A stretch of 64,000 nucleotides of DNA from assembly GCA_964252035.1 (NCBI GenBank), contig OZ176203.1; one strand, given 5' to 3'. The notes under the pieces were generated by a model. That model saw nothing but the letters and a program-made list of their open reading frames with translations. It made no database searches and was not told where the DNA came from. Below are positions 59,236-64,000 of the stretch, in pieces (within the stretch, counting starts at the first letter, position 1; each line of letters opens with the position of its first letter). The translations under genes and the position numbers were made by a program. Source of the DNA: Podarcis erhardii. Lineage: Eukaryota.

Positions 59236-60143
59236 AGGAAATACATACACTACAAAGAAAAGTTTCAGATGCCATTGTTTACAGTCATGTAATGGAAATT
59301 TCATAAAGTGGGCTAAATACTTCAATCCTTGTTTCATCTTCTTTCTTTACATGTCTGCAAAATCCAGACTAATTTTGTGCTGTATTAACAATCTTCTCTT
59401 ATCTCCTGGGTAACAAATGTTACCATAGAAGATTTCGGTTTTTAAAAATCTAGAATGTTTTTCGCTCTATTATTAGATCTGCTCTCTGCCCCCCCACCCC
59501 CACTGGCCAAATATAAAAAGCATTTTTATACAGTATAGTGAAATGTTTTCACAAGAGCTTTCAGGGGCATGAAAAACAGACATAATATAGCATTCAGGAA
59601 CTGCCAGTGTAGAAGGGTTTTTTTTGTCTCAAGACATTGCATAAGAGCGTATAAAACTCTGTTATTATTGTGTAATCCACTTCAGAAATTAAATGTAAAT
59701 ATTTGAAGAGGCTTGACATTTCACATTCTGAGAAAAGTAACTCTGCCTACACCTTCATTGGATTTCATTACACAACCTTTCCCCATCCTCAAAGCTTTTC
59801 TCCAAGACAGATTTAAATACACCCCCACAAATTTTCATCAGGCACAACCATTCTTGCCTCCTTCCCACATAAGATACGGGGGGGGGGGACCCTCATTGGG
59901 CCTAGGCAATTCCACATCATCAGAAAAGAAGGTCTCTGTATCAAGCTAAAAGAATCCACAGTAGCAAATGCACCATTATTGCCTGATATCCAACACATAT
60001 TCAAGAGTGCCGCTCTCCAGAAAGGAAGATGTATAGTCCTTGGCAGGATTCCTGTTTCTGAAAGGGGCTGGACCAGTTGCCACCATCAATACTATGGGCT
60101 AGTTCAGAAAACCACTACTGCATACAGAAGAGTTATTTCTGTA

Positions 60144-60410
60144 TAGCATTCGAAATTAGCCAGGCGCCAGGAGCATTTTGCACCTGGCTATTGGCCATTT
60201 GCGATCAAGTGAAGAGGCCCGGGCACCAGGATGACGCCTGACATCTCCACCACCTGGAGGTGCATGCCTGGGGATCATTGGATCTTGACTATTTTCACAC
60301 ACTAACAACACATCCTGTGGTATTCTAGCCATTGTATTTTATCTTCACAATCAGAATGAATCTTAGGAACCTTGGTTTAAGGAGCCATTTGGTGCCTAGC
60401 TTATTTATCT
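60144..60410 (+). mobile_element. Unclassified interspersed element; copy 2
   Basis: See 56883-57426; lacks the about 250-bp middle segment present in copy 1. Confidence 0.55.
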
Positions 60411-61052
60411 AACACCGTCTCTGGTGCATGGTATGTTGCTGGTGGCCACATAGAACTCTTCAGCCAGTACCCACCACCATGAGAATCACAGTGATGTGTG
60501 TACAGAGATCAGTCATCATTAAGAGACCGCCTCTACGTGACCCTAGCAGTGGTGACTTATGCTCCCATGGTCCTCACATGTGAGGTGCTATATCAAAGTC
60601 ACCTCTATGGGAGGAATTCAATGCCATGCTCTTCTGACTGCACCATCAGGTGCCAACTTGAATAAAATATTGGGGGAGGAGAGCAGGTACGCCCTGCTCT
60701 GCATAATCAATAAGAAGACATGGCACGTGCACACCATGTGAATGGCAATGCCCATCAACTTTGGGGTGCTCAGCCCCCTCAAATATTTTATGGGGTGCTC
60801 CGAAGGGACCTCAGCCCCCAGGAGTTGGCTCCTATGCATCAGGGTAAACATTTCTGCTTGCTAGCCAGAATGATTCCCCCTCTCCTCCTCCTCCACTCCA
60901 CGTTGCACTGTTCTGGGGGTTCTCCTAACGTTCCAGAAATGATTGGGAGCAGGTGCAGGAGGAGAGGGTGCAAACCCCATTGCACTAATGGGAGCCCTTG
61001 TGCTGACATTTGCTAGCATGCTGGGTTAATTGAATCCCAGCCTATGTTTCTG

Positions 61053-61407
61053 TAAAGGTAAAGGTAAAGGGACCCCTGACCATTAGGTCCAGTTGTGACC
61101 AACTCGGGTTGCAGCGCTCATCTCGCTTTACTGGCTGAGGGAGCCAGTGTACAGCTTCCGGGTCATGTGGCCAGCATGACTAAGCCGCTTCTGGCGAACC
61201 AGAGCAGCGCATGGGAACGCCGTTTACCTTTCCGCCAGAGCAGTACCTATTTATCTACTTGCACTTTGACGTGCTTTCGAACTGCTAGGTTGGCAGGAGC
61301 AGGGACTGAGCAACGGGAGCTCACCCCGTCGCGGGGATTTGAACCGCCGACCTTCTGATCGGCAAGTCCTAGGCTCTGTGGTTTAACCCACAGCGCCACC
61401 TGCGTCC
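61053..61407 (-). mobile_element. Sauria SINE (POM-like), full length
   Basis: Reverse complement of the two copies above; perfect 13-bp TSD CTATGTTTCTGTA (61042-61054, 61409-61421). Confidence 0.92.
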
Positions 61408-61876
61408 TCTATGTTTCTGTACTGAGTATAATTGGCTGACTGAGAGTCAGTGAGCAGACACTCAACTCATATAAGATATAGTCAACAGGTGGGCCATATG
61501 TCCAGATAACTAGTGTTCAACCTGTTCACATGGGGGTTGCTCTACCCCAAAGATCCGATACTGGGGGATGCTCACTGATCCATCTTTATAACTAGAGGGG
61601 GAAAGTAGTCTGTGACCCCCAGGACACTGAGACCTGGCTGCAATTCTACCTGGATAGCAAGAGTTTTGCTTCATTGATCTACACCCTAGTAGTCTCCCAA
61701 ATGAAATACTGACTTTAAAACTAGTCTGGAAATTACCAGAACATGGCTAAAAGTCTGCCCAACATAATCACATCAGGGCAGTAATTAGCCATTCGTTGGC
61801 TCACACGCCATTTATGGGCCCAATTCAAGATGATAGTTCAGAAACTTGGGTACATGGAAGTCCATCTCACTGCATA

Positions 61877-62135
61877 CCATATTTTTCGCTCTATAAGACG
61901 CACCAGACCACAAGACACACCTAGTTTTTGGAGGAGAAAAACAAGAAAAAAAATATTCTGAATCTCAGAAGCCAGAACAGCAAGAGGGATCGCTGCGCAG
62001 TGAAAGCAGCAATCCCTCTTGCTGTTCTGGCTTCTGTGATAGCTGCGCAGCTTGTATTCGCTCCATAAGACGCACACACATTTCCCCTTATTTTTTAGGA
62101 GGGAAAAAGTGAGTCTTATAGAGCAAAAAATATGG
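61877..62135. mobile_element. pogo/Tigger-like MITE
   Basis: TA|CCATATTTTTCGCTCTATAAGAC...GTCTTATAGAGCAAAAAATATGG|TA; internal 25-bp perfect inverted repeat cagaagccagaacagcaagagggat / atccctcttgctgttctggcttctg. Confidence 0.88.
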
Positions 62136-64000
62136 TACATACCCACCTGACATTAAGACCCTTCAAGGTTTTTCTCCAAACACTCCTGCAAAGTGACTAC
62201 AGGACAGAAGCACTCCAGCTGCAAACTACCCTCCCGAGAGAGGTTCATTTACTTTGGTATCAGTTTAACACTAAGCAATTATCTTTTTTATTTTTATCAG
62301 TTCTGAATCTGAGCCGCTTTACCCTCTGCAACAATTTTCTATGCTGCTTCTATACTAATGGTTTTATAAGAAAAAGGATAGCAGGAAGGCAAGACCTTAG
62401 ATATAAGCCACAAATGATAGCAGCACATGAGAAGGTCAAAACACAACAGTTAATGTTATCTTGCCCCTGCAACATTCAGAGTGCATGACATGGGTGAATA
62501 ATTTCTGTAGAATAAGCAGTCCCACCAAAGCAAAAAACAACAACCAAACACAGAACAACTACTCCTATACTATCAATCAGGGAGATAAAAGGGAGAGGAA
62601 AGAAAAGTTCTACAAGCTATTTAAATTGGAAAAGAAGTGTGCAGATGGAATCCTATACCCATTTTAATTGTTAGATGAGCAGATATATAAGCTAATCACC
62701 AAATGGGACCATAAACCTGAGTTGCAGTTGCCACAATGGAATGTCTAGGCCCCATATTCCCCCACAATGGGATTTGTTGTTGTTGTTGTTGATGATTTCA
62801 TTTCTATATCGCTATAACAAGTCTCAAAGTGGTTTACAACACATTAAAACATCAAACAGAACAACCTAGAATAAAACAAATATTTCAGATCCTTCTCTAA
62901 GTGACATTTTGCTTTCCCCGGTCATCAGCCTGGCATCCAGAGATCTCCACATGGTTGTGATTGGACCAGCGCCAGTCACAAAACACGCCTAGTGGTGGGC
63001 TAATTTCTAACACTGCCCACTTACATGAGAATAAATCCCATTAAATTTCATGGGACATAGTTGTGAATACAAGGCTGCACTGTAAACTGAAAATTAAAGA
63101 AAGAAAGGAATATATCTAGATAATTCTGTACAGATGTAAGGGCAATACCCAACGCTTCATGAGTGGACACAATAGGACTTCCCCTTTCTTCTAGTCTGTG
63201 CCTAAAAATGTACTCTGAGAGGTCCCCCAATGCACAAAAGCGGGTCTGGGGATGCTGTAAACTAGTGGGTAGGGAAAAGAGGAAATCCCAATGCATGGGC
63301 AGGTCCATTCTGCAAGTGGGTTGAGAGCTTTGGCTGGTGTGAAAAACATGGCCAAAAGTCAAATTTAATTAGATTTCGTTTTGCAGGTTTATTAAACTGT
63401 GAACGCATTATCTGTTAGAAGTATTCAGTTCCCTCAAGCCCTTTAATGGTTTTTTTTTGGGGGGGGGAGATTAACCCCCCCCCAAAAAAACCCTCAAACC
63501 AATCAACCAGACTTTGAATTGGTAAATAAAGCTCTCTAAACTTTACACACTTAGGTAATTTCTTCTAAACTATTAAATAATCCATCAAGTCAATCTATTC
63601 CCCCATTCACCAAGGAATAGTAACAGGGATTGTTTCTCATATTACACTTGAAAGACACAGGTGCATTGGGAGTCACACCAACATTAAAATGTCTATGAAA
63701 ACACAGTGTAAGAGCTTAACCATGTGCTTTTGTCTTTAAGAGAAGAGGCATACCAGAATGCCAGGGGGACTTTCTGAGACAGGACATTTTATCTCAGAGA
63801 CCAATGCACAAACAGGACTTCTGATTAACTGTTAGCCTGGGGAACAATTCCTATGAATCAATGTCGAATATAATGTGGAAAAACAAACGAAGTCACATCT
63901 CTACTGACTAGTAAAAGCCAGCATTTAGTTGCTTTAATTTGACACATCTGGCTACAGAATAATCTTTCTGCAAGGATGTGACTGGAAGAGGCAAAGGCAG

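Noticed and set aside
54603-64000. MGAT4A exon 2 (MRLRNG... signal anchor)
   Set aside because: No matching 94-nt coding segment found by eye; presumed to lie beyond the window.

Overview
Vertebrate nuclear DNA from a squamate reptile, probably a lacertid lizard given three POM-type Sauria SINEs. I called genes by hand-splicing GT-AG exons and comparing the peptides with remembered human orthologues; no database search was run. The window contains: (1) a CpG-island promoter and probable non-coding first exon of an unidentified leftward gene at 5.4-6.45 kb; (2) complete COA5 on the minus strand, 3 exons, 75 aa; (3) complete UNC50 on the plus strand, 5 coding exons, 259 aa, sharing a bidirectional promoter with COA5; (4) MGAT4A on the minus strand, exons 3-16 in human numbering, 1514 nt of CDS, with its 5' exons outside the window. 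The rest is intronic or intergenic and rich in transposon remnants: hAT MITEs with 8-bp NNNTANNN TSDs, Tc1/mariner-pogo MITEs with TA TSDs, L2 and CR1 3' fragments, SINEs and a solo LTR. The most unusual items are a 2.1-kb hAT element holding 12.3 copies of a 118-bp GC-rich unit with two interleaved symmetry axes, the same hairpin-array design inside an unrelated Tc1/pogo MITE, a fold-back palindrome that copied its own flank, and a solo LTR inside the UNC50 splice acceptor whose U3 is one open reading frame. There is no CRISPR array, rRNA or true tRNA gene. Most ORFs in the supplied track are spurious.
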